Assembly: GCA_964016885.1 (NCBI GenBank)
Contig: OZ024741.1
Coordinates: 383,098,001-383,162,000, forward strand
Direction of reading: 5' to 3'
From: Eledone cirrhosa
Taxonomy: Eukaryota
DNA: 64,000 bases
Positions within the stretch are counted from its first letter, which is position 1. Every line of letters starts with the position of its first letter. The notes under the pieces were generated by a model that worked only from the letters and a program-made list of their open reading frames with translations, was not told the origin of the DNA and did not search any database. The position numbers and the translations under genes are program-made. Shown piece after piece: positions 41,916 through 54,849 of this stretch.

Positions 41916-42103
41916 GGCGGTGGATTGGCAGTATCGGTAGAGAGTCAGACGCCATGCTTTGAAACATAGTGTTACCTCTCTTTATGGTCTGAGTTCAAAT
42001 CCCGCCGAGGTTAACTTTGCCTTTCATCCTTATGGGGTCGATAAAATAACGTACCAGTAATACACTGGAATATTTGCTGGCCTTGTGCCAAAAATAGAAA
42101 CAG
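41916..42103 (+). mobile_element. Nin-domain SINE with 18-bp target-site duplication, inserted in a pLTR-like sequence
   Basis: ttattagtttcacgcttg at 41898-41915 and 42104-42121. Confidence 0.9.
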
Positions 42104-42135
42104 TTATTAGTTTCACGCTTGAGAGTGGGGGTGGC

Positions 42136-42170
42136 GGACGACGTGTCGGGCATAAGCCCTTCATCAGGAG
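42136..42170 (-). ncRNA. Degenerate ultra-minimal hammerhead
   Basis: ctc CTGATGA a gggc ttat gccc GACA cg TC g. Confidence 0.6.
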
Positions 42171-43532
42171 AAAGTGGGCAGCAAGAGGGTTCAGATGTTG
42201 TGTGGGGGTGTGGTGGAAAGTCATAAAAAATTAGTTTAAAAGGGGAGGGGGGAAAAGGAATTTTTTCGGTGAGTAAAAAAGTTAAAATTACAAGAAACAA
42301 GTGGTGAAAGGGCATGAGGTGTGTAGGGGTGGTGGGGAATGGATGGTGGATGGAGAGGAGAGGGCTGAAGGTGGTGTGTGTGTATGTGTGTAGGTGTACG
42401 TGTGTGTGTGTGTGTGTGTGTGCGGATGTGAATGTGAGAGTTGTGGGAAAAACGAGGTTCCATGTTCGAGTAATAGGGAAACCGGTGTGTAGATGGGGTG
42501 GGCTGTGAGTCGGTGTGTGTGTGTGTGTGCGTGTGGATTGAGAGGGGTCAAAGGGGGCGGTGGAGAGGGGGCGTGTTGAGTCCGCAGGTTGAGTGTGTTT
42601 ATGTGGGGATACGCACGTGTGTGTGTGTTTATATGTGGTGTGGGTGTAAGGTAGCGTGGTGCGAAAATAGTGTAAGTATTTGTGTGTGTGTTGCTGGGAT
42701 TATTCCAAGGATTGTGGGATCAGATGTTGGAGATCCTGATTGCGGCAGGATGGATAGCTGGAGCGATGACCCAGTGGTGTAAAATGCTGGTATGGTATTG
42801 AGGAAGTGGAGAGTTGTGGGGTGCGCGCGCATCAGGAAGTGGTCAGAGGGTCAAGGCAGGGCGAAGGAAGTAGGAGGAAGGATATGGGTGTAGGGAGGTG
42901 ATAGCAGGCAGTAGTGTGGTGGCTCAAAGGTATAGAGAGGTCAGTATGTGGTGCGGAATGTGTGTATGTGTGTGCGGAGGTGCGGTGGATAGGGAAGGGG
43001 ATGGGAAGGGTGTGAAAGGTGGAGGGAGAGTTTGGTGAGTGGGGGCTAGAGCGGGGAGAGAGAGAAGGTGTTGAGGACGATGGGAGGGAGTGTGGTGTAA
43101 TGGTGTGTGTGTGCATGTTTGGATATGAGTGTGTGATGGTAGCGTGGGTGTTGTTATTACTGGTGGTGGGGTGAGAGGTTCAATGCGGAGGTGTGAGTGG
43201 GGGTTAGTGGTGGTAGTGTGTGTGTGTGGAGTGGGTGGTGTATCGGTGTGTACGTAGATGTGTGTGAGTGTATGTGTTATGCTGTGTGTTCGTGTGTGTG
43301 TGGTGAGGGGGATTATGTGGGGATTAGTTGTGCCAGTAATATTAGTTGTGGGGTGGTCAAATGTGGATGTGAGGGTGGGGGTTAGTGGTGGTAGTAGGGT
43401 GTGTGAATAGTGTGAGTGCGTGTATACATGTGCAGGTGGGTGTGTGCGTGTTGAGGGTGTGGGTGCGCGGGTGCTAGGGGATGGGGAGATGTTAGTATTA
43501 TTAGTTGTGTGGTGGGCCAGGGGCCGTATAGG

Positions 43533-43565
<33 letters not shown>

Positions 43566-43695
43566 GTGAGGTTTTTTTTACAAAATGAAAAATAACCGAG
43601 GTGTCCTACACGAGTGGAAGTATAAAGAAAAAGGGATGAAATCGAAAATGCAACTGAAGTCTTATTTTTTTAAAAATATATATATTTATTTGATT

Positions 43696-43733
43696 CCTTT
43701 ACCGGTTTCGCAGTTCTTCTGCTTTTCAAAAGG
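43696..43733 (-). ncRNA. Minimal hammerhead, U3:A8 variant
   Basis: Reverse complement of the 682-719 motif. Confidence 0.8.
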
Positions 43734-44248
43734 TGAGTTGAGATGGAGGGTCTGTGGTTTTTCTCACATCTGGTTGGTCTCTAAATGTTACTTGTTTTAT
43801 ATGGAAAAACTGGCTCGAAAACCAAGTTTTTCGAGAAGTAATTTGATTGGTTTGTCAATAATTATAATAAATTTCGCGCCAGTTCGCGTTACAATAGTTC
43901 TTCAAATAAGAGAGGGGGGGGGGGGGGTTGTCACAGGTTGTTTTTTCATATATGAGTGTTTGAATTTCTTTTTACTTGAAAAAATGAGGCTCACGAAGGC
44001 TTTTTTTTGGTTGGTTATAAATGAAATTTGGCTGTCACGTGAACAAGTTTTCATTACATTTTTGCGCCCTTATTTGGAAAACTATTCTGTAGTCTATAGT
44101 GAATGTTATGACGATGGAGAGATAGTGGTCAAGGGAAAAGGGATTGGGAGAAATGTTCTGGTTCAGTGAATATGGCCAGCTGTCAGAGTTCAGGTGTCAG
44201 AGTTCAGATTTTCTATTGAGACTGAAGATATGTGTTTATTTGTGTGCT

Positions 44249-44287
<39 letters not shown>

Positions 44288-44533
44288 ATTGGAAGATGAT
44301 TCTATTAGTAGAGATGGGGGAGGGAGTTGTGTGTGTGTGTATATGGGTGTTATGTGTGTGTGTGCGAGTATGTTAGATAGAGAGAATATATATTTTTTGT
44401 GTGTGTGTATATATATATGTGTGTAGTGGTTCTATTAGTAGAAATGGGGAGGGTGTTGTAGGTGTGGGGTTTTTTTATGTGTGTGTATGGGTGTTATGTG
44501 TGTGGGAGTATGGTTAGCATGTTAAGATGAAGA

Positions 44534-44570
<37 letters not shown>

Positions 44571-45187
44571 GTGTGTGTATGTGTGTGTGTAGGAAAATGA
44601 TTCCTTTAGTAGGAATATTTTTGAATGAACATATTTTCCTGACTTTTTCGTGTTTGCTGTTGTATTGCCAGTGCAAACGTATGTTTAAGGTTTATTTAGT
44701 TCGGGTTTTTATTTTCTAAAGTAGGTGTTATGTGTGTGTGTGTATGTCATATTGTGGTGTTGACATAATGTATATTAAACCTTATTTAATGTTGGTCTAT
44801 ATTTTTGAATAAACATATTTTCCTTATTTATTCGCATTTGTTCTGTTGTATTGTTAGCGCAAAGGTAAAATGGGAAGACTTGGAATTTGGGTGTCTTATT
44901 ACTTGCGCAAATGTCTAGATGTGCACTTAGTGGTATTTGTCTCGTGGTTGGATCTCGTAACTGTTGGCGATGAACTGTCATTCTGTTTCTGAGTGTGAGT
45001 TTAGTTTGTCCTATATAATCTTCATTGCATCCTTTACATTTAATGGCATAAATTAGATTTTTTGATGAGCAAGTGAAGTGATTTTTTACAGTAAAATTTT
45101 GTCCTGATTTAAATGTATACGTGTTGCCTTCAATGAGGTGAGTGCAGGTTCCACAATTAGAGCGACCACATTTTTTGATACTTGGTT

Positions 45188-45796
45188 ATTCTATCATATA
45201 TCTCAACACACAACCCAAGAAATGCGGAAGCTTACAACACTATTCACAATAACATCCCACTACTAAAACAAAACCCAAGAATGAAAAAAGCCCTTGAAAC
45301 ACACAAAATAATTAAAAGCAAAAGACAACCAAAATCACTGAAAACATTACTCACCAATGCCAAATTACCTACCACAAACCCACAACCAAGTATCAAAAAA
45401 TGTGGTCGCTCTAATTGTGGAACCTGCACTCACCTCATTGAAGGCAACACGTATACATTTAAATCAGGACAAAATTTTACTGTAAAAAATCACTTCACTT
45501 GCTCATCAAAAAATCTAATTTATGCCATTAAATGTAAAGGATGCAATGAAGATTATATAGGACAAACTAAACTCACACTCAGAAACAGAATGACAGTTCA
45601 TCGCCAACAGTTACGAGATCCAACCACGAGACAAATACCACTAAGTGCACATCTAGACATTTGCGCAAGTAATAAGACACCCAAATTCCAAGTCTTCCCA
45701 TTTTACCTTTGCGCTAACAATACAACAGAACAAATGCGAATAAATAAGGAAAATATGTTTATTCAAAAATATAGACCAACATTAAATAAGGTTTAA
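45188..45796 (+). pseudogene. PLE linker + GIY-YIG endonuclease fragment
   Basis: Nearly identical to the last ~200 aa of the 19160 ORF. Confidence 0.9.
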
Positions 45797-46000
45797 TATA
45801 CATTATGTCAACACCACAATATGACATACACACACACACATAACACCTACTTTAGAAAATAAAAACCCGAACTAAATAAACCTTAAACATACGTTTGCAC
45901 TGGCAATACAACAGCAAACACGAAAAAGTCAGGAAAATATGTTCATTCAAAAATATTCCTACTAAAGGAATCATTTTCCTACACACACACATACACACAC

Positions 46001-46039
<39 letters not shown>

Positions 46040-46285
46040 TCTTCATCTTAACATGCTAACCATACTCCCACACACATAACACCCATACACACACATAAAA
46101 AAACCCCACACCTACAACACCCTCCCCATTTCTACTAATAGAACCACTACACACATATATATATACACACACACAAAAAATATATATTCTCTCTATCTAA
46201 CATACTCGCACACACACACATAACACCCATATACACACACACACAACTCCCTCCCCCATCTCTACTAATAGAATCATCTTCCAAT

Positions 46286-46320
<35 letters not shown>

Positions 46321-46832
46321 AGCACACAAATAAACACATATCTTCAGTCTCAATAGAAAATCTGAACTCTGACACCTGAACTCTGACAGCTGGCCATATT
46401 CACTGAACCAGAACATTTCTCCCAATCCCTTTTCCCTTGACCACTATCTCTCCATCGTCATAACATTCACTATAGACTACAGAATAGTTTTCCAAATAAG
46501 GGCGCAAAAATGTAATGAAAACTTGTTCACGTGACAGCCAAATTTCATTTATAACCAACCCAAAAAAAGCCTTCGTGAGCCTCATTTTTTCAAGTAAAAA
46601 GAAATTCAAACACTCATATATGAAAAAACAACCTGTGACAACCCCCCCCCCCTCTCTTATTTGAAGAACTATTGTAACGCGAACTGGCGCGAAATTTATT
46701 ATAATTATTGACAAACCAATCAAATTACTTCTCGAAAAACTTGGTTTTCGAGCCAGTTTTTCCATATAAAACAAGTAACATTTAGAGACCAACCAGATGT
46801 GAGAAAAACCACAGACCCTCCATCTCAACTCA

Positions 46833-46870
46833 CCTTTTGAAAAGCAGAAGAACTGCGAAACCGGTAAAGG
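46833..46870 (+). ncRNA. Minimal hammerhead, U3:A8 variant
   Basis: Same sequence as 682-719. Confidence 0.8.
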
Positions 46871-46938
46871 AATCAAATAAATATATATATTTTAAAAAAA
46901 ATAAGACTTCAGTTGCATTTTCGATTTCATCCCTTTTT

Positions 46939-46972
<34 letters not shown>

Positions 46973-47407
46973 CGGTAGTCACTGAATTTATTTAGTGAGT
47001 ACCAGTTATAGTTCAAACGGTCAATGAAATAACAATTGATCGGTTGCTCGTTTTATTACAGAGAGAACACAATTAGTAGTTAGTAGGTTGTATGGAGGTT
47101 ATCAGGTAGTTGTTACACTGATCTCTCTTCTGGACGGAATTCCGTTTCTTTGTAATCATCCGTCTATAACAGTTATTAGAAGCGTTATATGCAGAGGATT
47201 ACGTAACATCTATAAATATCCAACACTAACATGTTCTATAGGTTGTAGACTATTAGCGAATTCAATAGCTTACTGATTCTATCAGTTCTGTAATGTGCTA
47301 TTACGGGACCTCTGAAATTATGGAAGACAGTAATAGAAAGAACACACAACTAGTATTAGCGCCAGCAAAGAAAAGAACTCCACCCTTCATTTTCAAACAA
47401 ATTCAAT

Positions 47408-47481
<74 letters not shown>

Positions 47482-47483
47482 TA

Positions 47484-47628
47484 TGTGAGAAAAACCACAG
47501 ACCCTCCATCTCAACTCTACTTTTGAAAAGCAGAAGAACTGCGAAACCGGTAAAGGAACCAAATAAATATATATATATTTTTTTAAATAAGACTCCAGTT
47601 ACATATTCGATTCATCTTTTTTTCTTTA
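47484..47628 (+). mobile_element. Solo short arm of the Neptune pLTR with hammerhead (47520-47556)
   Basis: Starts tgtgagaaaaaccac as at 647 and ends at the same tttctttata site. Confidence 0.8.
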
Positions 47629-47900
47629 TATATATATATATATATTTGAAACTAATAAACCTTTGTTCGTACTGCCTCTCTGTTTTGTTCCCGTTCAATT
47701 TTTTACTATATATATATATATATGCAAAAGTTTTATTTAAATTGTTTCTCCACGTTTCTCTCCCTCTCTCCATCTTTTTACTTACTCTTAACACTATGAC
47801 TTACTAAAGTAAACAAATCACTATCCTGATGGCCTCCAAAAACACCGGTCAATTTTTAAAGGGGCACGTCAATGTCTATTTATAAAACTGTTATATATTG

Positions 47901-47965
47901 TATGTTGTCTGATGAAGGCATACCATAATGTAACTTGGTATCCTTGAAATATATATAATGAAATA
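47901..47965 (+). ncRNA. Minimal hammerhead (same family as 63808)
   Basis: tatgttgt CTGATGA aggc atacca...tggtat cctt GAAA tatata TA atgaaata. Confidence 0.78.
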
Positions 47966-48004
47966 AATATGGTTTTATAAATATAGTTTCCATTTATTAA
48001 TATC

Positions 48005-48059
<55 letters not shown>

Positions 48060-48065
<6 letters not shown>

Positions 48066-48403
48066 AAGAATGAAGAGTAACATGGTTTGCTTTACAATAA
48101 GGGCTTTATTTAAAGTACTGACAATTGTTTCGTTGATGTCATTGTTTTGATTATACGCTATTTTATTATTGATGTTATTGTTTAGATTATACACTATTTT
48201 TCTATATAAATCTTGTGTCCGAGTGAATTACTATCATATCTACGTACTTTGATGTGTTGACCAGAGGTAAATAATGTATTGGAGATCGAATTACGCAACC
48301 TCAAGCAATTAGCGAACTCTCGACTCACCTGATCAAAGAAACAATTGTCAGTACTTTAAATAAAGCCCGTATTGTACACCCAACAATGTTACTCTTCATC
48401 CTT
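48060..48403. mobile_element. Foldback with degenerate hammerhead (related to the 31491 family)
   Basis: 48064-48135 inverted against 48335-48403; gtact TTGATGT g ttgaccag...ctgatcaa a GAAA caattg TC agtac. Confidence 0.65.
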
Positions 48404-48558
48404 TAACCAAGTATAACCTACATAGAAATTACCGCGAACTCGCTACATAACTATGGAAGCATCTTGTTGAGTCAAACAAAGCCGTACGTTAAAACTATCC
48501 ACTACGCAGAGTACCCACAACCTCTAGCTGGATTACCTATAATGATAACTTGTTATCC

Positions 48559-48701
<143 letters not shown>

Positions 48702-48705
48702 ACTC

Positions 48706-48910
48706 TTATAAAGAACGAGGAATCAGTAATGCATCAAACCACAATTTATTAATATATTACATATGTTTCTCCGTCGATCAGCTCGAGGCAGGATCTGTTA
48801 CAGATCGAACTCGACTCTGCATTCCTGCCTCAAGCTGATTGACGGAGAAACATATATAATATGTTAATAAATTGTGGTTTGATGCATTACTGTTTCCTCG
48901 TTTTTTATAA
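48706..48910. mobile_element. Foldback of hammerhead 3' halves
   Basis: Arms ~48706-48793 and ~48822-48910; each reads gacgga GAAA catat(g/a) TA atat..aataaa. Confidence 0.7.
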
Positions 48911-48985
48911 GACTATACTCTGCTCTGCGCGAGCATCGAGTGCTCAATCGGCATACCGCCTACGGACGCAATTACCTGCAACACT

Positions 48986-49054
<69 letters not shown>

Positions 49055-49421
49055 ATTCATAGATAAATGCAAGTGCTAATATTCAAGTCAAAATCGAACA
49101 ATTAACACACTCATTACATTATTAATATATAAAAAGTGAAAAAAGTTCTAACCTTATACATGAGACAAATACAATTCGTGGATGCGTGTAAATAATATAT
49201 AGATTACGGAAGTGACTACCGGCTATAGTTTACACGGTCAAACGCTCAATGAAATAACAGTTGTGCAGTTGATAGGCTGATTGTTGCATTACAAAGCGAA
49301 CGCAATTAGTAGTGTGTGAGGTTATATCATATTAATATATGTTATATTATATTAAAAATGAATATATATGCACATTAGTGCAGTCTCGTTTATCCATTCT
49401 GTATATACACAGATATAAATG

Positions 49422-49531
<110 letters not shown>

Positions 49532-49559
49532 GGTCAACGCTTGATATAGCAGGAAGAGG

Positions 49560-49596
49560 GTCTTAACGTTTCGGACGCTAGTTGTTGATCAGAAGA
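49560..49596 (-). ncRNA. Degenerate hammerhead (family of 60235)
   Basis: tctt CTGATCA acaactagcgtcc GAAA cg TT aaga. Confidence 0.45.
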
Positions 49597-50291
49597 TAGA
49601 ATGAGAAACGAGATAGATCGAGAGGACGGGTGGGTTGTAATTGGAAAAAAAATATATATATATTGTTTATATTTTTCAAATATTGAGTAATAAATGTTCG
49701 ACTTTGTATTACAAGTCAGCTTTTATATGCGTGTCAGCCTTTATATGCATATATCTTGATATGTATGTAGGCATATATACAATATACTAGTTGAGTTTTA
49801 TTTCCGCGTGAATTCCACAGTGTGGGTTCAAGCACCATATCGCCTGTTTTTGTTAATACATAGGTCTTTCCCTATTTTCATTAGATGTCAAGTTAAGGTC
49901 GGCATGAACTGCTAGATTCATTATCGAAGTGGTAAGCGCTGCAGCAAATAAACCAAAGTATTGATATTGGCCACTTGCTGAAGACGTGCAATTTGCCCGA
50001 CTGTGTAACTATCTACTGATAATATGTAAATTTCTGAACACTGCAAATTTAATATTTGTAGCTGTGAAAGATGTTGCACAGAGGATATATAACGTATCTC
50101 TATCAAAACACATCCACCGTATTTGCTGTTAACTAAAATGTGTGCATGCTGAACTACTGGTACTAATAATATTACTGCAATCTATCAGATTTATTGGGTG
50201 GGTGAGCGGTTGCCTGAGACCTTTGAGTAAATATAACGAATTTCGTGAACATTGTATATATATCTTTGCTCATTTTTCAACTACATATAAT

Positions 50292-50450
50292 ATCAGAAGA
50301 TCCCATTAAGGGTGAAATCAGCGATTCTTTGCTTAAACTTTAATCTGTTATTTTAATAAATATTTGCTCTCCGGTTCTTATATATTTGATATATATTTAA
50401 CCTTATCGAGCCCTCTTTGGATTTTAGTCTTCAAATTTATTATTATTACT
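50292..50450 (+). mobile_element. Family M colinear copy (arm plus tail)
   Basis: Reverse complement of 62605-62760. Confidence 0.75.
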
Positions 50451-50628
50451 ATATATATATATATATATATTTATATATTGTTATACTTTGCGCGGGTCAT
50501 GTTGCCAATAAGAAACACACGCACCACTAGCTTTCACTTCAATTTATTATAATAAATTCATAAATTTAGGAATTTATAAATTTCTGGTTGGTTGGTTGGT
50601 TCCACAAGCAGATAGTTGTTTATATATT

Positions 50629-50671
50629 GTCAAAGTTCTTTCGTCACACATTATGTGACCTCTTCAGTGAC
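50629..50671 (-). ncRNA. Minimal hammerhead of PLE family 3
   Basis: gtca CTGAAGA g gtcaca taatg tgtgac GAAA gaac TT tgac. Confidence 0.77.
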
Positions 50672-51420
50672 TGTGGATTCTTTTCTTTGTTTTTGTGCCT
50701 CTCCTTTGTTCTGTCCTACGCCATTTTGTTTCTGTGTGTGTGTTGTGTGCTCAGTCTGCGCATGCGCCACATCCGGGTGTCTGTGTGTGTTTATATTTGT
50801 TTATTTATTTGTTTATTTATATGTTACCGGTTGGTTGTTTGTTCTATGTGTGTGTGTGTTTTCATTTTGTCCTTAATTGTAAGTTGTGATGTTGCTGTTC
50901 CACTCATATTTTCTATTTAATTTTGGTTGTAATTCTTTTATGTTTATTGCCTCTGTGATTTGTCTAAACATTGCGTCTTTTCTGTGTGTAGATTCTATTT
51001 TTATTCCTATGTTCTCTAATTTACCCTGATGTTCTATTTTAGCATGTTGGTAGAGTACAGATCATTCTTTACTATCTTGAAGGTCTCGCCAGTGTACATT
51101 TATCCGTTCCCCTACACTACGAGCTGTCTCACCTATGTACACTATATTTTTGTCTCTACATTGTCCTTCAGTACATCTTATGCTATACACTATATTTCTA
51201 GTTTTACAGTTAATATGGGGGTTTATTTTACAGGTTATACATTTCTTATCTATACATGGGGGTCTTTGGAAAGGGTATGTCTTGCTAATAAGTGTTTTTA
51301 CGGAGGTACCTGGTCTTTCTACTATCTTAATATTGAGTTTGGAAGAAGCGGGCTCCTATGGTGAGGAGATCCATCTGCTGTCAACACCCTTCGAAAGGAG
51401 GGCTGTGGATGCCGTAGCTA

Positions 51421-52632
51421 ATGATACGTAAACACGCATTAAGGCTACGGCACCTTCAGATATTCCTCTCCGGTCAACCGGTGTGGACCCCGTTTGTGAG
51501 GCGAGCCTTTCCCAGACTCGTCTTACTCACAGAGCTGCAATCCTGGGTCAAGCAAAGACCGAGAAAACTGGGCGCCTGGCACACCGTGTGTGCCCAGGCG
51601 CTCACGGCTCTCTGGCAGGCGGACCCGGCTGTCAGTGGGGCTAACATTGCTAGTAACTACAGACTGTCCTACTTCCTCTCTCTGATGATACGCCCCATCA
51701 TTGAAATGTCCCCAGATGTATGTGACAGCACCGAGGACCTCCTCAGCAGAATCGGCGAGGTTAACCGATCTAGGGACCTAACAAACTGCATAATAGGTAG
51801 TATGGATGTTGTGTCCCTGTATCCATCTATTGACGTGGATTTTGCTGTGGAGAAATGCGTAGAAGTGATCAGTGAGAGCAATGTTGAGTTCCGTGGGATT
51901 GATACCAGTGAGCTGGGACTCCTACTTAAACTTACCTATAGTAATAATTACCTAGACACATATGACCTTAGCAACCTGTGCCCTACAAGACCAGCAAGAG
52001 GCAGACCACCTACCATTACCTCAATGGCCAAGAAAACCCACACAGATAGATGGAACGGGTGGACCAGAGCCATACGGACACCCGAAAACCACGATGAACT
52101 GAAGAAAATGATTGCACATGCGGTAGGGGCCAGCATAAAACTAACCCTTAAGGAACATATGTTCAAATTTAATGGAAAAACATATGCCCAAGAGGAAGGA
52201 GCAGCCATTGGTGTTAGCATTGCAAGCGACATAGATAACTTATTCATGGTATGGTGGGACAGTAGACTTAAACTTAAACTTAAAGAACAATTAGAAGACC
52301 CCTTAACCCTGATAATGTACTCCCGCTACGTTGACGATATAAACATCGTAGTTAAGACACCCCCACTAGAGAACAGTCAGGAACTAGAGAAAAACACAAT
52401 GGAAAGCATCCAGCAAATAGCTAACTCCATCCACCAGAGTATTAGAGTTACTATAGACTACCCAAGTAAACACCCCAACCATCGATCACCTGTACTAGAC
52501 ACAGAGCTCTGGTTAGATACCATTAATAACAAAAAACAAATCCTCCATTCCCATTATGCCAAACCCATGACTTCCAAACATCTGATCCACCGAAGCTCAG
52601 CTGTTCGGACCATACCAAAATCAACATACTGA
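51421..52632 (+). pseudogene. Chimeric ORF: Tx1/L1-like fragment fused in frame to PLE RT core
   Basis: RT motifs GSMDVVSLYPSI, Q.EG.AIG, RYVDD, PVLD; the first ~70 aa are GC-rich and unlike PLE sequence. Confidence 0.75.
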
Positions 52633-53299
52633 TTGCGGATTTTGGTACGGGTGATGAGAAACGTGTCCCGCATGTGCAACCCCGAAGAACTAGAGAGACA
52701 CAGCACTTCATCCACCGTATGCAGTTCTCTGGTTACAATCAGAGAGATAGAATCAGAGTGTATAGAGGAGCCAGAACCAAATGGGAAAAAATGGTAAATA
52801 ATGAAACAAATGGGACCTGCAACATCACAACTTACAATTAAGGACAAAATGAAAACACACACACACATAGAACAAACAACCAACCGGTAACATATAAATA
52901 AACAAATAAATAAACAAATATAAACACACACAGACACACGGATGTGGCGCATGCGCAGACTGAGAACACAACACACACACAGAAACAAAATGGCGTAGGA
53001 CAGAACAAAGGAGAGGCACAAAAACAAAGAAAATAATCCCCAGTCACTAAAGAGGTCACATAATGTGTGACGAAAGAACTTTGACAATATATAATCAACT
53101 ATCTGCTTGTGGAACCAACCAACCAACAAGACATTTATAAATTCCTAAATTTATAAATTTATTATAATAAATTGAAGTGAAAGCTACTGGTGCGTGTGTT
53201 TCTTATTTTCAACATGACCCACCCAAAGTATAACAATATCGGTCAACACACGATTTCAGATAAAGAGTCTTCCTAAACAAATTCAAAAACGAAATATAG

Positions 53300-53353
<54 letters not shown>

Positions 53354-53357
<4 letters not shown>

Positions 53358-54373
53358 GGAATAGAATGAAACGACATTTCATTTCTCACTCTTAGTACGG
53401 CACTTACTTAAATGTAAGTGTGCATGTATGTATACGTACATACATATATGCATACAGACGTACAGTAGTATGTATATATGTATACATACATGCACAGATA
53501 TATATATGCACGTATCGGTTTACCGAACATTTATTATAATGCACGGTTTGCTTGTTTGTAAACAAACAAACAGCCCGAATTACGCCGTACAGTGTTTAGG
53601 CAACCACGTCACCTTTTTGTTCAACACTGACACAGGAACGATGTACTAGTTTCAAGCTTATTAGCTATCGTCAGCATCGTAGACCTTCCTGCCAGATGGT
53701 TCAACGTTTGAAAGTATATATTTTCCTTATGCATATTAACGGCTGAGTAGCCTAATTTGCATATCGAGTGAGTTCAGTCGGCCGGGCACACCGAAAACGA
53801 TAAATGGAATAGAATGAAACGAAATTTCTTTTCTCACTCTTAGTACGGCACTAACTTAAATGTAAGTGTGTATGTATGTATGTATGTATGTATACGTACA
53901 TACATATATGTATACAGACGTACATAGTATGTATATATATACATACATGCACACACATATATACACATATATCAACTCATTCTATCCCATTTATCGTGTT
54001 CGGTGTGCCCGGCCGACTGAACTCACTCGATATGCAAATTAGGCTGCTCAGACGTTGATATGCATAAGGAAAGTATATACTTTCAGATGTTCAACCATCT
54101 GGCAGGAAGGTATACGATGCTGACGGTAGCTAATAAGCTTGAAACGAGTACATCGTTCTTGTGTCAGTGTTGTACAAAAAGGTGACGTGGTTGCCTAAAC
54201 ACTGTACGGCGTAATTCGGGCTGTTTGTTTGTTTACAAACAGACAAACTGCGCATTATAATAAATGTTCGGTAAACTGATACGTGCATATGTATATGTGC
54301 ATGTATGTATATATATACATACTACTGTACGTCTGTATACATATATGTATGTACGTATACATACATACATACT

Positions 54374-54378
<5 letters not shown>
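53354..54378. mobile_element. Family K: ~1.3 tandem units plus an inverted unit
   Basis: aaatggaatagaatg at 53354 and 53802 (448-bp period); ~53979-54378 inverted. Confidence 0.88.
53638..53680 (-). ncRNA. Minimal hammerhead of family K, intact
   Basis: acgatg CTGACGA t agct aata agct t GAAA ctag TA catcgt: 6-bp stem I, palindromic ACTAGT. Confidence 0.85.
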
Positions 54379-54407
<29 letters not shown>

Positions 54408-54621
54408 TAAACGGAATAGAAAATGCTGACAAATTGTTCACAGTTGAAAAATGGTTTAATTAGGAATAAAAGAGTATTAGTGATTGTATGGGTTAGTATT
54501 CAGTTGTGGTTTTAAGTTTTTAAGTTTTTACCGGTTGCGCATTTCTAAATGCTTTTCAAAAATAATTTTGAAATAGAGTGTCCGTGCTGTTTGCTCTGAT
54601 CCTATATATATATATATTTAT

Positions 54622-54806
54622 ATAGGAACGAGTAGGACCCCGACGGCTGAGCTCAAGCCGTTTCGACTGCGTCCAGAATTAGCCGTCGAAACGGCTTGAG
54701 CTCAGCCGTCGAGGTACTACTCGTTCCTATTACCCACTCTACTACCCTAAGTATTGGGTACTTTGGAGCGTTATGGTCCACCTGGTTCCTTACCACATTT
54801 CCTTCG

Positions 54807-54810
<4 letters not shown>
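54622..54810. mobile_element. Family H foldback mini-element
   Basis: Hairpin centred near 54670, tail on the right. Confidence 0.88.

Positions 54811-54849
<39 letters not shown>

Larger units (their letters stand above)
43558..46945. mobile_element. 3.4-kb foldback of two 5'-truncated Neptune-type PLE copies joined head to head
   Basis: ~43622-45187 is the reverse complement of ~45384-46945; ORFs 44775-44981(-) and 45182-45796(+) share an identical GIY-YIG C-terminus; tail 43558-43621 only on the left. Confidence 0.95.
50472..53300. mobile_element. PLE family 3, copy B: minus arm, captured foreign fragment, plus-strand RT with internal deletion, pLTR and tail
   Basis: 50472-51340 matches 31748-32625; RT from ~51630; jump at ~52819 to the pLTR; HHRs at 50629-50671(-) and 53042-53085(+). 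Confidence 0.88.

Noticed and set aside
43585-44169. 194-aa ORF (and 46400-46876, 566-928, 52554-53129)
   Set aside because: Antisense readings of pLTR sequence with no recognisable domain
47000-47090. Repeat shared with 49230-49320 containing GAAA..caattg
   Set aside because: A real short repeat, but no credible hammerhead core; family unassigned
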